A stretch of DNA of 64,000 nt from Fibrobacteria bacterium (GTDB taxonomy: Bacteria; Fibrobacterota; Fibrobacteria; UBA11236), in the NCBI GenBank assembly GCA_021155885.1, contig JAJNBB010000004.1, positions 5,725 to 69,724 on the forward strand. Direction: 5' to 3'. Under the pieces are notes generated by a model. That model saw nothing but the letters and a program-made list of their open reading frames with translations, did no database searches and was not told where the DNA came from. A program made the translations under genes and the position numbers. Below, in pieces: positions 54,205-62,585 of this stretch. Each line of letters starts with the position of its first letter. Position 1 is the first letter of the stretch.

Positions 54205-54299
54205 GAATCCCAAAACCTCCGATCTGTAACATACTGTGAATGGAGCGGTTGCGCCACCGAAGAGTTGGGGGTTGGCACGCTTTTTCGGGTCGAAGCCCT

Positions 54300-54404
54300 G
54301 TCGTTGTTGGTTGTTGGTTGTTGGGCGAGCGCAAAGCAGGTCAAATTTCCCGCGGCGCCCCCCAGGCCGCTGATTTGTACAACCGACAACAAACAACCAA
54401 CAAC
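54300..54404. repeat. family A hairpin element copy 3
   Basis: The left arm is gtcgttgttggttgttggttgttggg (54300-54325). The right arm is caaccgacaacaaacaaccaacaac (54380-54404). The loop is unique at about 54 nt. The element lies in the divergent TPR/cydA control region and ends 13 nt before the cydA ATG. Confidence 0.8.
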
Positions 54405-54417
54405 TACTTTTGCTCCC

Positions 54418-55761
54418 ATGAGCGATTTACTCGCCGCTCGGGCGCAAATGGCCCTCTCCCTGGGATTCCACATCATTTTCGCCGCCATCGGCATGGCCAT
54501 GCCGTTCCTCATGGCCATCTCCCATTATCGCTGGATTCGCACCGGACGCCGGGTTTATCTCGATCTGACCAAGGCCTGGTCGCGCGGGGTCGCGATTTTC
54601 TTCGCCACCGGCGCGGTTTCGGGCACGGCCTTGTCCTTCGAACTGGGGCTGCTCTGGCCCGGTTTCATGGAGCATGCGGGCGCGGTGATCGGCATGCCGT
54701 TTTCCTGGGAGGGCACGGCTTTCTTCATCGAGGCTATCGCCTTGGGCCTGTTTCTCTATGGATGGAACCGCCTGAAGCCATGGACTCATTGGGCCGTGGG
54801 CCTGGTGGTGGGAATCTCCGGGGTCCTGTCCGGAGTGTTCGTGGTCTGCGCCAACGCCTGGATGAATAGCCCCGCGGGGTTCGACTGGGTCGCCGCGACG
54901 GCCTCCACTCCCGGGCACGCGATCAACATCGACCCCTTCCGTGCCATGTTCAACGATGCCTGGAAGGCCCAGACCCTGCACATGACGATCTCGGCCTTCG
55001 AGGCCACCGGCTTCGCGGTCGCGGGCATCCATGCCCTGCTCTTCCTGCGCAGGCCCTCACCCTTCCACCGCGAGGCGTTCACCATCGCGCTGGCCGTGGG
55101 CGCGATCGCCGCGATCGCGCAGCCGCTGAGCGGCGACCTTCTGGCGAAGGGCACGGCCGAGCGGCAGCCCATCAAGCTCGCGGCGATGGAATCGCACTTC
55201 GAGACCTCCGCCCGCGCGCCGCTCCTGATCGGCGGCATTCCCGACGAAAAAACCGGCACGGTTCGCTACGGGCTCGAAATCCCGGGCGCGCTGAGCTACC
55301 TCGCCCATGGCGACTTCAACGCCGAGGTCAAGGGCCTCAACGACTTCCCGCGCGAAAACTGGCCGCCCGTCGCGCCGGTGCATTACGCCTTTCAGATCAT
55401 GGTGGGGTGCGGCATGATCCTCGCGGGGATCGGGGCGCTCGGGCTTTTTCTGCTGGCGTTCAAGCGCTGGAGGCCGCTGCTGTATCACCGGCGTTACCTC
55501 GTCCCGTGCGTCCTCGCGACCCCCCTCGGGTTCATCGCGCTCGAGGCCGGGTGGACCGTCACCGAGGTCGGCCGGCAACCCTGGATCATCTATGGGGTCA
55601 TGCGCACGGCCGAGGCCGTCACGCCCATGCCGGGACTCGTAGTTCCCTTCCTGCTGTTCTCCGCCGTGTACGTGTTCCTTACGGGCGTCGTGACCTGGCT
55701 GCTATGGCGCCACATCGCCACGGTCGAGGAAAAGTACCCGTCGGCGCGGGAGGGAGCGTGA
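54418..55761 (+). CDS. cydA: cytochrome bd-type quinol oxidase subunit I
   Basis: LLAARAQMALSLGFHIIFAAIGMAMPFLM, GMPFSWEGTAFFIEAIALGLFLYGW and EVGRQPWIIYGVMRT are present. I trimmed the start from 54265. Confidence 0.93.
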   Translation: MSDLLAARAQMALSLGFHIIFAAIGMAMPFLMAISHYRWIRTGRRVYLDLTKAWSRGVAIFFATGAVSGTALSFELGLLWPGFMEHAGAVIGMPFSWEGTAFFIEAIALGLFLYGWNRLKPWTHWAVGLVVGISGVLSGVFVVCANAWMNSPAGFDWVAATASTPGHAINIDPFRAMFNDAWKAQTLHMTISAFEATGFAVAGIHALLFLRRPSPFHREAFTIALAVGAIAAIAQPLSGDLLAKGTAERQPIKLAAMESHFETSARAPLLIGGIPDEKTGTVRYGLEIPGALSYLAHGDFNAEVKGLNDFPRENWPPVAPVHYAFQIMVGCGMILAGIGALGLFLLAFKRWRPLLYHRRYLVPCVLATPLGFIALEAGWTVTEVGRQPWIIYGVMRTAEAVTPMPGLVVPFLLFSAVYVFLTGVVTWLLWRHIATVEEKYPSAREGA

Positions 55762-55768
55762 AGAAGAG

Positions 55769-55850
55769 GACGGGGGACGGGGGTCGGGGGTCGGGGGGGA
55801 GAAACATCACTCTCCTGTTTTCTCCCATCCCCCGACCCCCGTCCCCCGTC
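55769..55850. repeat. G5/C5-run inverted-repeat element, copy 2 (between cydA and cydB)
   Basis: gacgggggacgggggtcggggg (55769-55790) is the perfect reverse complement of cccccgacccccgtcccccgtc (55829-55850). That gives a 22-bp stem with a 38-nt loop. The element begins 8 nt after the cydA stop. Confidence 0.85.
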
Positions 55851-55909
55851 CAGCCCGCGAGGGCCTTCCGGTGAATTCTTTCCTCTCCCTACCCCCCGGC
55901 GAACCCTTG

Positions 55910-56935
55910 ATGCTCTTCGTCGTGATCGCCTTTCTGGGCGTGTCGCTTTTTCTGTACTGCCTCCTCGGCGGCGCGGATTTCGGCGCGGGCGTGCTCGAGC
56001 TGTTCCTGGGAAAATCGCGCCAGGAGGCGCAGAGGAAGATCATCGACAAGGCCATGGGCCCGGTGTGGGAGGCCAACCACATGTGGCTCATCCTCATGGT
56101 CGTGATCCTGTTCATGGGGTTTCCCGCCGTGTACACGCGCGTATCGGTGAACCTGCACATCCCGCTCACGGCCATGCTCGTCGGCATCATCGCGCGCGGG
56201 TGCTCGTTCACGTTCCGGCACTACGACGCGGTCAAGGGCCGCTCGCAGCGCGCCTACACGGCCTTCTTCGTGTTCTCGAGCGTCTGGACGCCGTTCTGCC
56301 TGGGCGTGGTGATGGGAGCCCTGGTTCCCGGCGGCATCGACCCCGCGGCGCGGGATTATGCGTCCGCCTACGTGTCGCCCTGGCTGCGGCCGTTCCCCCT
56401 CGCCCTCGGCCTGTTCACCGTGTGCCTGTTCACCTTCATCGCCGCGGTGTACCTGGTCGGCGAATGCCCCGGCGACGACGGGCTCCGCCGTTCGTTCGCC
56501 CGCAAGGCGCGCTGGGCCAGCGTGGCTTCCATCGTCTCCGGCTGGATCGTGTTCGCGGGCGCCCACGCCGACGGCGTCCCGCTGCTCGCGGAGTTCCTCG
56601 GGTTCGGCTGGGCCTTCGCCTTCATGACGGCCGCCACCGCGTGCTTCGGCGTGCTGTGGGTCGCGCTCTACCGCGACTGGATCTGGACCGCGCGCGTGAT
56701 GGTCGGCGCGCAGGTCGCCCTCATCCTCGCGGGCTGGTTCCAGGTGCAGCACCCCGTGCTGGTGCGCATGCCCGCCGGGGACCTCACGTTCTTCAACGCC
56801 CACGCGCCCGCCGCCACGCTCAATCAATTGGGCGGCGCGCTGCTCGTCGGGTCCGTCTTCATCCTCCCCGCCCTGCTGTGGCTCTTCCTCGTGTTCAAGA
56901 GCGAGGAGGGCGAGGAGAAGCCGGTGGTTGGGTAG
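55910..56935 (+). CDS. cydB: cytochrome bd-type quinol oxidase subunit II
   Basis: It begins MLFVVIAFLGVSLFLYCLLGGADFGAGVLELF and is multi-TM. An alternative GTG start is at 55871. Confidence 0.9.
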   Translation: MLFVVIAFLGVSLFLYCLLGGADFGAGVLELFLGKSRQEAQRKIIDKAMGPVWEANHMWLILMVVILFMGFPAVYTRVSVNLHIPLTAMLVGIIARGCSFTFRHYDAVKGRSQRAYTAFFVFSSVWTPFCLGVVMGALVPGGIDPAARDYASAYVSPWLRPFPLALGLFTVCLFTFIAAVYLVGECPGDDGLRRSFARKARWASVASIVSGWIVFAGAHADGVPLLAEFLGFGWAFAFMTAATACFGVLWVALYRDWIWTARVMVGAQVALILAGWFQVQHPVLVRMPAGDLTFFNAHAPAATLNQLGGALLVGSVFILPALLWLFLVFKSEEGEEKPVVG

Positions 56936-56941
56936 GATGAA

Positions 56942-57046
56942 AGCTTACAGCGGACAGCATAGAGCAACACAAACGCAAAAGGCCCCGGTCGCCCGGAGCC
57001 TTCGTGTTGTTCAAGCTGTCAGCTGTCCACTGTCTGCTGTAAGCTC
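56942..57046. repeat. composite nested hairpin (CAGC/GCTG-type arms) enclosing a terminator-like core
   Basis: The outer arm agcttacagcggacagc (56942-56958) pairs with gctgtcc...gctgtaagct (57022-57046) with a 7-nt bulge. The core is aaggccccgg/ccggagcctt (56979-57002), followed by ttcgtgttgtt. It sits between the convergent cydB and 57049..57867 genes. Confidence 0.7.
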
Positions 57047-57048
57047 TC

Positions 57049-57867
57049 TCAATCCCTGAAGAACTGCACCGCCTCGACGTAGGAGTCCATGGGATCCTTC
57101 TTGGTCGGGATGAACTCCATGCCCACGTGGCCGCGGTAGCCGCTGTCGGCGAGCGCCTTCAGCACCGCGGGAAAGTTGATCTCCTGGGTCTTGTCGAGCT
57201 CGAAGCGGCCCGGCACGCCGGCGGCCTGCACGTAGCCGATGAGGTCGATGTTGTCGCGCACGCGCCGGATCAGGTCGCCGTTCATGATCTGCACGTGGTA
57301 CATGTCGAAACAGAGCTTGAGGGCGGGGGAGCCCACGGCCTTGATGACCTCCAGGCAGTCGTCCATGTTCGAGCCCTGGTACTCGGGGTGGCCCTTCCAG
57401 TCGGCGTCGTCGCGGCTGTTGAGGGGCTCCAGGCAGAGCACGCAGCCCTTTTCCTCGGCGTAGCCCACGATGCTTTTGTAGCCCTCGATGAGGTTCTTCT
57501 TCGCCTCGTCGAGCGACACCTTGCCGCCGCCCTCGGCGGTGCTGTCGCCGTAGCCCCAGAACGCCACCACGTTGGTGAAGCCGTGCGCGGCGTTGGCGTC
57601 GATGGCCTTCTTGTAGGCCGCCGTGATCTCGGGCCAGAAGTTGCGGTGGACGTAGCCCTTGGTGAACCAGTGCGAGACCGTCAAAGTGGAAATGAGGCCG
57701 TACTTCTTGAGGGTGGGAAGGTCCTCGGGCTGCACGACCTCGATGGCGTCGACGCCCAGTTGCCGGGCGACCTGGCACAGCTTGTCGAGGGACCACTGCT
57801 CCGCGTGGTAGGCGCCCATCGGCCAGGTCGGGAATGCCGGCTTGATTTTTCCTTCGAGATTGGCCAT
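57049..57867 (-). CDS. xylose-isomerase-like TIM-barrel protein (hydroxypyruvate isomerase family)
   Basis: The protein is 272 aa. Blocks typical of the Hyi/AP_endonuc_2 fold are present (GVDAIEVV, CLEPLN, FDMYHVQIMNGD, GYVQAAGVPGR, GMEFIP). Confidence 0.75.
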   Translation of the reverse strand: MANLEGKIKPAFPTWPMGAYHAEQWSLDKLCQVARQLGVDAIEVVQPEDLPTLKKYGLISTLTVSHWFTKGYVHRNFWPEITAAYKKAIDANAAHGFTNVVAFWGYGDSTAEGGGKVSLDEAKKNLIEGYKSIVGYAEEKGCVLCLEPLNSRDDADWKGHPEYQGSNMDDCLEVIKAVGSPALKLCFDMYHVQIMNGDLIRRVRDNIDLIGYVQAAGVPGRFELDKTQEINFPAVLKALADSGYRGHVGMEFIPTKKDPMDSYVEAVQFFRD

Positions 57868-58056
57868 TTCGAAATCCTTTGGGGGCTATTGTAGTAGAGC
57901 GATATTTAAAAAACAAAACCGACGAATGCCTGAAAATGGTTTTTTCGCCCAAATCTTAGCCCTCCTGGCATTCCGGATACGCCCGATTTTTCTAAATTTT
58001 CAGCCACGCCCGCCCTTTCTTGAATCCGGAACCGCGAAAAATGGGCTAAAGGGATT

Positions 58057-58440
58057 TTGAACGTGCCTCAAAGCCATCTTATCGATTTTCTCCCGTTTAT
58101 GGCCTATGCGGGCCTGGCTTTGTTCGTCGGGATCGCCGGCTTGGCGCTTTCCTCGATGCTGGGCCCCAAGCGCACCTGGAGCCGCGCCAAGTACGAGCCC
58201 TACGAGTGCGGGGTGGACCAGATCGAAAATCCCCACCGCCCTTTCGCCATCAAGTTTTACGTCTTCGCGCTGCTTTTCATCCTCTTCGACATCGAAACCA
58301 TCTTCCTCCTGCCCTTCGCCCTCGGCTACCAAAGCCTCGTCGGCACCGGCGCCCTGGTCTCGGTGCTGGTGTTTCTCGCCGTGCTGGGCCTCGGCCTCGT
58401 CTACATCATCCGCACGGGGGCCCTCGAATGGGAGTCGTAA
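58057..58440 (+). CDS. nuoA: NADH-quinone oxidoreductase subunit A
   Basis: YECGVDQIENPHRPFAIKFYVFALLFILFDIETIFLLPFA is present. The start is TTG at 58057, with a nearby GTG at 58063. Confidence 0.9.
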   Translation: MNVPQSHLIDFLPFMAYAGLALFVGIAGLALSSMLGPKRTWSRAKYEPYECGVDQIENPHRPFAIKFYVFALLFILFDIETIFLLPFALGYQSLVGTGALVSVLVFLAVLGLGLVYIIRTGALEWES

Positions 58441-59096
58441 ATTCCCTGAACGACGTCATCACCACCAAGCTGGCGTTCGCCATCAACTGGGGGCGCGCCA
58501 ACTCGATGTGGCCCATGCCCTTCGGGACCGCCTGCTGCGGCATCGAGATGATGGCCACCTTCATGTCGAAGTACGACGCCTCGCGGTTCGGTTCGGAGGT
58601 GCTCAAGTTCTCGCCCCGCCAGTCCGACCTGCTGATCGTATCGGGCCGCATTTCGCTGAAGATGATGCCGGTGCTGCAGCGCATCTGGGAGCAGATGCCC
58701 GAGCCCAAGTGGTGCATCTCGATGGGCGCCTGCGCCAGCAGCGGCGGCGTGTTCGACAACTACACCATCGTCCAGGGCGTCGACCAGTTCATCCCGGTGG
58801 ACGCCTATATGCCCGGCTGCCCGCCTCGCCCCGAGGCCTTCATCGAGGCCCTGATGACCGTGCAGGAGAAGGCCCGCCGGGGCCAAGCCAAGTCGAGCGA
58901 ATACGTGTCGAACGACGACGCGCGGGACCCTTCCCTTTCGCCCCTTTACCGCTCCCCCGACGCCTTCCATTTCTCGCCCACTCCCCCGAACAAGGCGCAG
59001 GCGGCCTCGAACGTTCCCTCCAATACCGAAAAGGGCCCGCGATTCGAGGGCGGCCCCATGTCGAACCTTTCGCCCGAAGCGATGGAAAAGGTCTAG
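58428..59096 (+). CDS. nuoB: NADH-quinone oxidoreductase subunit B (with ~65-aa low-complexity C-terminal extension)
   Basis: [29 protein letters not shown] and PGCPPRPEA are present. The tail [39 protein letters not shown]... lies beyond the conserved core. I trimmed the start from 58206. Confidence 0.93.
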   Translation: MGVVNSLNDVITTKLAFAINWGRANSMWPMPFGTACCGIEMMATFMSKYDASRFGSEVLKFSPRQSDLLIVSGRISLKMMPVLQRIWEQMPEPKWCISMGACASSGGVFDNYTIVQGVDQFIPVDAYMPGCPPRPEAFIEALMTVQEKARRGQAKSSEYVSNDDARDPSLSPLYRSPDAFHFSPTPPNKAQAASNVPSNTEKGPRFEGGPMSNLSPEAMEKV

Positions 59097-59097
59097 G

Positions 59098-59661
59098 ATG
59101 CTCGTCTACCGCAAGGAAAACCTCTCGACCTTGGCCGCGAAGGTCGAGGGCGCGTTCGGCGACCGGCTGCTCGGCAAGGAAGAAAAGACCCTGTACGTCC
59201 AGTTCTCGGTGAAGGCCGCCGACGCCAAGTCGTTGATTCGCTTTCTCAAGGACTCTCCGGAGCTCGGCTTCACCTACTTCATCGACTGCTGCGGCGTCGA
59301 CTACCTGAAGTACCCCCGGCCCATGCCCGAGCGCTTCGCGGTCGTGACCACCTTGCTGTCGCCCGCGCTCGGCGTCAAGGTCCAAGTGCGCGCCTTCGTG
59401 CCCGCCTCCGGTAACGGAAGCGCCCCGGCCCGCATCGACTCCAACGCCGACCTGTTCGCGGGCGCGAACTGGACGGAGCGCGAGATCTTCGACCTCTACG
59501 GCATCGAGTTCACCGGCCACCCCGACATGCGCCGCATCCTCATGCCCGACGATTACGAGGGGCACCCCCTGCGCAAGGACTACCCCCTGCGCGGGCGCGG
59601 CGAGCGCGGCGCTTTCCCGGTTTATCACGCGATCCCCGCCGACCAGGCGCCGAAGGACTAG
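59098..59661 (+). CDS. nuoC: NADH-quinone oxidoreductase subunit C
   Basis: [42 protein letters not shown] is present. Confidence 0.93.
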   Translation: MLVYRKENLSTLAAKVEGAFGDRLLGKEEKTLYVQFSVKAADAKSLIRFLKDSPELGFTYFIDCCGVDYLKYPRPMPERFAVVTTLLSPALGVKVQVRAFVPASGNGSAPARIDSNADLFAGANWTEREIFDLYGIEFTGHPDMRRILMPDDYEGHPLRKDYPLRGRGERGAFPVYHAIPADQAPKD

Positions 59662-60873
59662 ATGTATTCCTACGAACAGGAAGTCACCGAGCAAACCGAC
59701 AACGTGGTCCACATGAACGTCGGCCCGTCGCATCCCGCGATGCACGGGACGTTGCGCGTGAAGATGGAAGTGCAGGGCGAGCGCATCCTGCGCGCCGACC
59801 AGGAGATCGGCTTTCTGCACACCGGCTTCGAAAAGCTGGGCGAGCACCGCACCTACAACCAGTTCATCACGCTGAGCGACCGCCTTAATTACTTCTCGCC
59901 GCTGAACAACAACATCGGCTTCGCCCTCGCGGTCGAGGAGCTGATCGGCCTCGAGACCCCGCGCCGCTGCCACGTGATCCGCACGATCCTGTCGGAGATG
60001 TCGCGCCTCGCCGACCATTCGCTGTGCGTGGGCGCCATGGCGATGGACCTGGGGGCCTTCACCTCGATCCTGTGGACCTTCGTCGAGCGGGAGAAGCTCT
60101 ACGACGTGTTCGAGGCGGTGACGGGCACGCGCCTGACCACGAGCTACGCGCGCGTGGGCGGCCTGGCCTTCGACCTGCCGGCCGACTTCGAGAAGCGCGT
60201 GACCGCCATCCTCGACAGCATGGAGAAGACGGTCGACAAGCTGCGCGGGAGCTTCTACAAGAACCGCATCTTCCTCGACCGCGTCGAGGGCGTCGGCGTG
60301 ATCTCGAAGGAGGACGCGCTGTCCTACGGCATCACCGGGCCGATGGCCCGCGCCTCGGGCGTGGAGTACGACCTCCGCAAGTTCAAGCCCTACCTGATCT
60401 ACGACGAGCTCGACTTCGACGTGCCGACCTATTCCGAAGGCGACTGCCTGGCGCGCTACAAGGTGCGCCTCGACGAGATGGACCAGAGCATCCGTCTCGT
60501 GCGCCAGGCGATGAAGCGGCTGGAGCCGGGCCCGATCTCGGCGCAGGACCAGAAGCACGCGCTGCCCGACAAGCTGTCGACCTACACCGACATGGAGTCG
60601 CTGATCCATCACTTCAAGATGGTGATGCCCGGCCCGGACCACGGCATCAACCCGCCGGTCACCGACCTGTATTCCGCGACGGAGTCCCCCAACGGGGAGC
60701 TCGGCTGGCACTTGGTGTCGGACGGCGGCTCCAACCCGTGGCGCGTGCGCGTCCGCCCGCCCTCGTTCATCAACTACCCGATCTTCGGCAAGCTGATGGA
60801 GGGCGCGATGCTGGCCGACGTGGTCGCGATGCTCGCCTCGTTCAACGTCATCGCGGGCGAATTGGACAGATAG
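59662..60873 (+). CDS. nuoD: NADH-quinone oxidoreductase subunit D
   Basis: MNVGPSHPAMHGTLRV, IGFLHTGFEKLGEHRTY and the C-terminal DVVAMLASFNVIAGELDR are present. Confidence 0.97.
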   Translation: MYSYEQEVTEQTDNVVHMNVGPSHPAMHGTLRVKMEVQGERILRADQEIGFLHTGFEKLGEHRTYNQFITLSDRLNYFSPLNNNIGFALAVEELIGLETPRRCHVIRTILSEMSRLADHSLCVGAMAMDLGAFTSILWTFVEREKLYDVFEAVTGTRLTTSYARVGGLAFDLPADFEKRVTAILDSMEKTVDKLRGSFYKNRIFLDRVEGVGVISKEDALSYGITGPMARASGVEYDLRKFKPYLIYDELDFDVPTYSEGDCLARYKVRLDEMDQSIRLVRQAMKRLEPGPISAQDQKHALPDKLSTYTDMESLIHHFKMVMPGPDHGINPPVTDLYSATESPNGELGWHLVSDGGSNPWRVRVRPPSFINYPIFGKLMEGAMLADVVAMLASFNVIAGELDR

Positions 60874-60910
60874 CGCGGGACCGGTAAACGCGGGAAATCG
60901 ACTGCGGAGG

Positions 60911-60937
60911 GCCGGCGGAGAAATTCGTCGGCTTTTT
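60911..60937 (+). terminator. probable rho-independent terminator after nuoD
   Basis: The stem is gccggcg/cgtcggc (one G-T pair) with an 8-nt loop. It is followed by ttttt (60933-60937). Confidence 0.6.
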
Positions 60938-61000
60938 AAATGTCCTAAACTCGTTTCAACGCCGGAATGTTAATTTCATGTAAAAACACGTCATTTCTTA

Positions 61001-61993
61001 ATGTATATGGCCAAAATGAATCTTGGAACGGATCACGAGGTGAAAGAGCGCATCCGCGGCTACTTCGCGGATACCACCCGCGACTACCTCGCCTGGTATG
61101 GCACCCGCCGCCACCACCACATGCACTACGGTTTCGACCGCGACCTTCCCCGGGGCGGAAGCCCGACCGGGAACATGACGCGTTATCTGGCGCGCCTCGC
61201 CGGCCTGCTTCCCGCGGATCCCGGCCGGCCGGCGCCGCGCGTGCTCGACGCCGGATGCGGCATGGGGGGCTCGTCCATCCTGCTCGCGCGCGAGGCCGGG
61301 GCCTTGTGCGTCGGGATCAATCTCGTGGAATCCCACGCGCGCATCGCCCGGGACTTCGCCCTGCGCGACGCGGCCAAGTGGGGCACGCCCTTGGAAACGG
61401 CCCCGGGGGCGACCGCCGTTCCCGCCGGGCTGGACCGGTCCGCCGCGCGCTTTCTCGCCAACGATTACATGGCGCCGGCCTTCAAGCCGGAGTCCTTCGA
61501 CGTGATCTGGGCGCTGGAGAGCTTTTGCTACGCGCCGGACAAGGAGGCCTGGATCCGGGCCATGGCGCCGCTGCTCAAGCCCGGCGGCCGCCTGCTGATC
61601 GCGGACGGATTCTCCGGCCGGCCCGCGGCGAACCCGGCGGAGCAACGCTCCTTCAGGCACTTCATGAAAGGATGGGCGGTGCCCCACTTCTGCAGCTTCG
61701 AGCAAACCGTGGAGTGGGCGAGGCACGCGGGCCTCGAAACGACGCACGCCGAAAACATCACCCCCGACGTTCTTCCGCACGCCTGGAAGATCTTCCGCCT
61801 GGGGCCTTTCCTCGTGCCCTGGCGCCGGCTGCTCCATGCGCTGGGATTCATCGGGGAAGAGAACCTGCAAAACGCCTATGCCATCTACCATCAGTACCCC
61901 ACGATGAAGCGGGGTCTCTGGCGCTACGGCGCGTTCACGATGAAGCGGGGTCTCTGGCGCTACGGCGCGTTCTGCTTCCGCAAGCCGGGTTAG
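61001..61993 (+). CDS. class I SAM-dependent methyltransferase
   Basis: Motif I is VLDAGCGMGGSSILLA and the post-I region is CVGINLVESH. Motif II/III includes FDVIWALESFCYAPD and LKPGGRLLIAD. The C-terminus contains an exact 12-aa duplication. Confidence 0.8.
   Translation: MYMAKMNLGTDHEVKERIRGYFADTTRDYLAWYGTRRHHHMHYGFDRDLPRGGSPTGNMTRYLARLAGLLPADPGRPAPRVLDAGCGMGGSSILLAREAGALCVGINLVESHARIARDFALRDAAKWGTPLETAPGATAVPAGLDRSAARFLANDYMAPAFKPESFDVIWALESFCYAPDKEAWIRAMAPLLKPGGRLLIADGFSGRPAANPAEQRSFRHFMKGWAVPHFCSFEQTVEWARHAGLETTHAENITPDVLPHAWKIFRLGPFLVPWRRLLHALGFIGEENLQNAYAIYHQYPTMKRGLWRYGAFTMKRGLWRYGAFCFRKPG
61901..61972 (+). repeat. perfect 2 x 36-bp tandem duplication (in frame)
   Basis: acgatgaagcggggtctctggcgctacggcgcgttc occurs at 61901-61936 and is repeated identically at 61937-61972. 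It encodes TMKRGLWRYGAF twice. Confidence 0.95.
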
Positions 61994-61994
61994 G

Positions 61995-62495
61995 CTATCC
62001 CGCGTCGTACGCCTTCCTCAAGGCCGCGATGTCGATCTTTTTCATCTCCATCATGGCCGCGAAGGCGGCCTGGGATTTCGGGTCGTCCGGATCGCTGAAT
62101 AACTCACGGGATAATTTGAAGGGGTATACCTGCCAGGACACGCCGTACTTGTCCTTGAGCCAGCCGCACTGCTGCGCGGCCTTGTCCCCGTCCGCGCCGA
62201 GCTTTTCCCAGTAGTAATCGATCCGCTCCTGCGTCGGCGCGTCGACCTGCAGCGAGAGGGCCTCATTGAACTTGAACACCGGCCCGCCGTTCAGGGCCGT
62301 GAAGAGCTGGCCGTCCAGCTCGAACTCGACGGTCAGCACCGAGCCGGGTTGTCGGCCATGGACTTCCTTGCCGGCCTCGCCGTAATGAAGGGTGTTGACA
62401 ATGCGCGAGTTGGGGAAAATGCCGACGTAGTATTGGGCGGCCTGTTGGGCCTGGTGATCGAACCACAGGCAGGGCGCGATGGTGGCTTGGGGCAT
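61995..62495 (-). CDS. VOC-superfamily protein (PhnB / 3-demethylubiquinone-9 3-methyltransferase-domain type)
   Basis: The N-terminus is IAPCLWFDHQAQQAAQYYVGIFPNS. Further blocks are VEFELDGQLFTALNGGP and DKYGVSWQV. Confidence 0.8.
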   Translation of the reverse strand: MPQATIAPCLWFDHQAQQAAQYYVGIFPNSRIVNTLHYGEAGKEVHGRQPGSVLTVEFELDGQLFTALNGGPVFKFNEALSLQVDAPTQERIDYYWEKLGADGDKAAQQCGWLKDKYGVSWQVYPFKLSRELFSDPDDPKSQAAFAAMMEMKKIDIAALRKAYDAG

Positions 62496-62585
62496 GGGGT
62501 CCTCCCGGAGGGGGTGAGGTAGGAATATCTATGTATATCCCGCTGAAATCCAGCCTCGCTAGCCAGTACTCTTGGTGTTGATCTG

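Noticed and set aside
62496-62585. Integration-site signatures (tRNA, att direct repeats, integrase or IS end) at the left edge of the low-GC island.
   Set aside because: I could not recognise any such signature in the ~90-nt junction or within the island portion visible here. The island may be old, or its mobilisation genes may lie beyond the window. No mobile element is therefore annotated.
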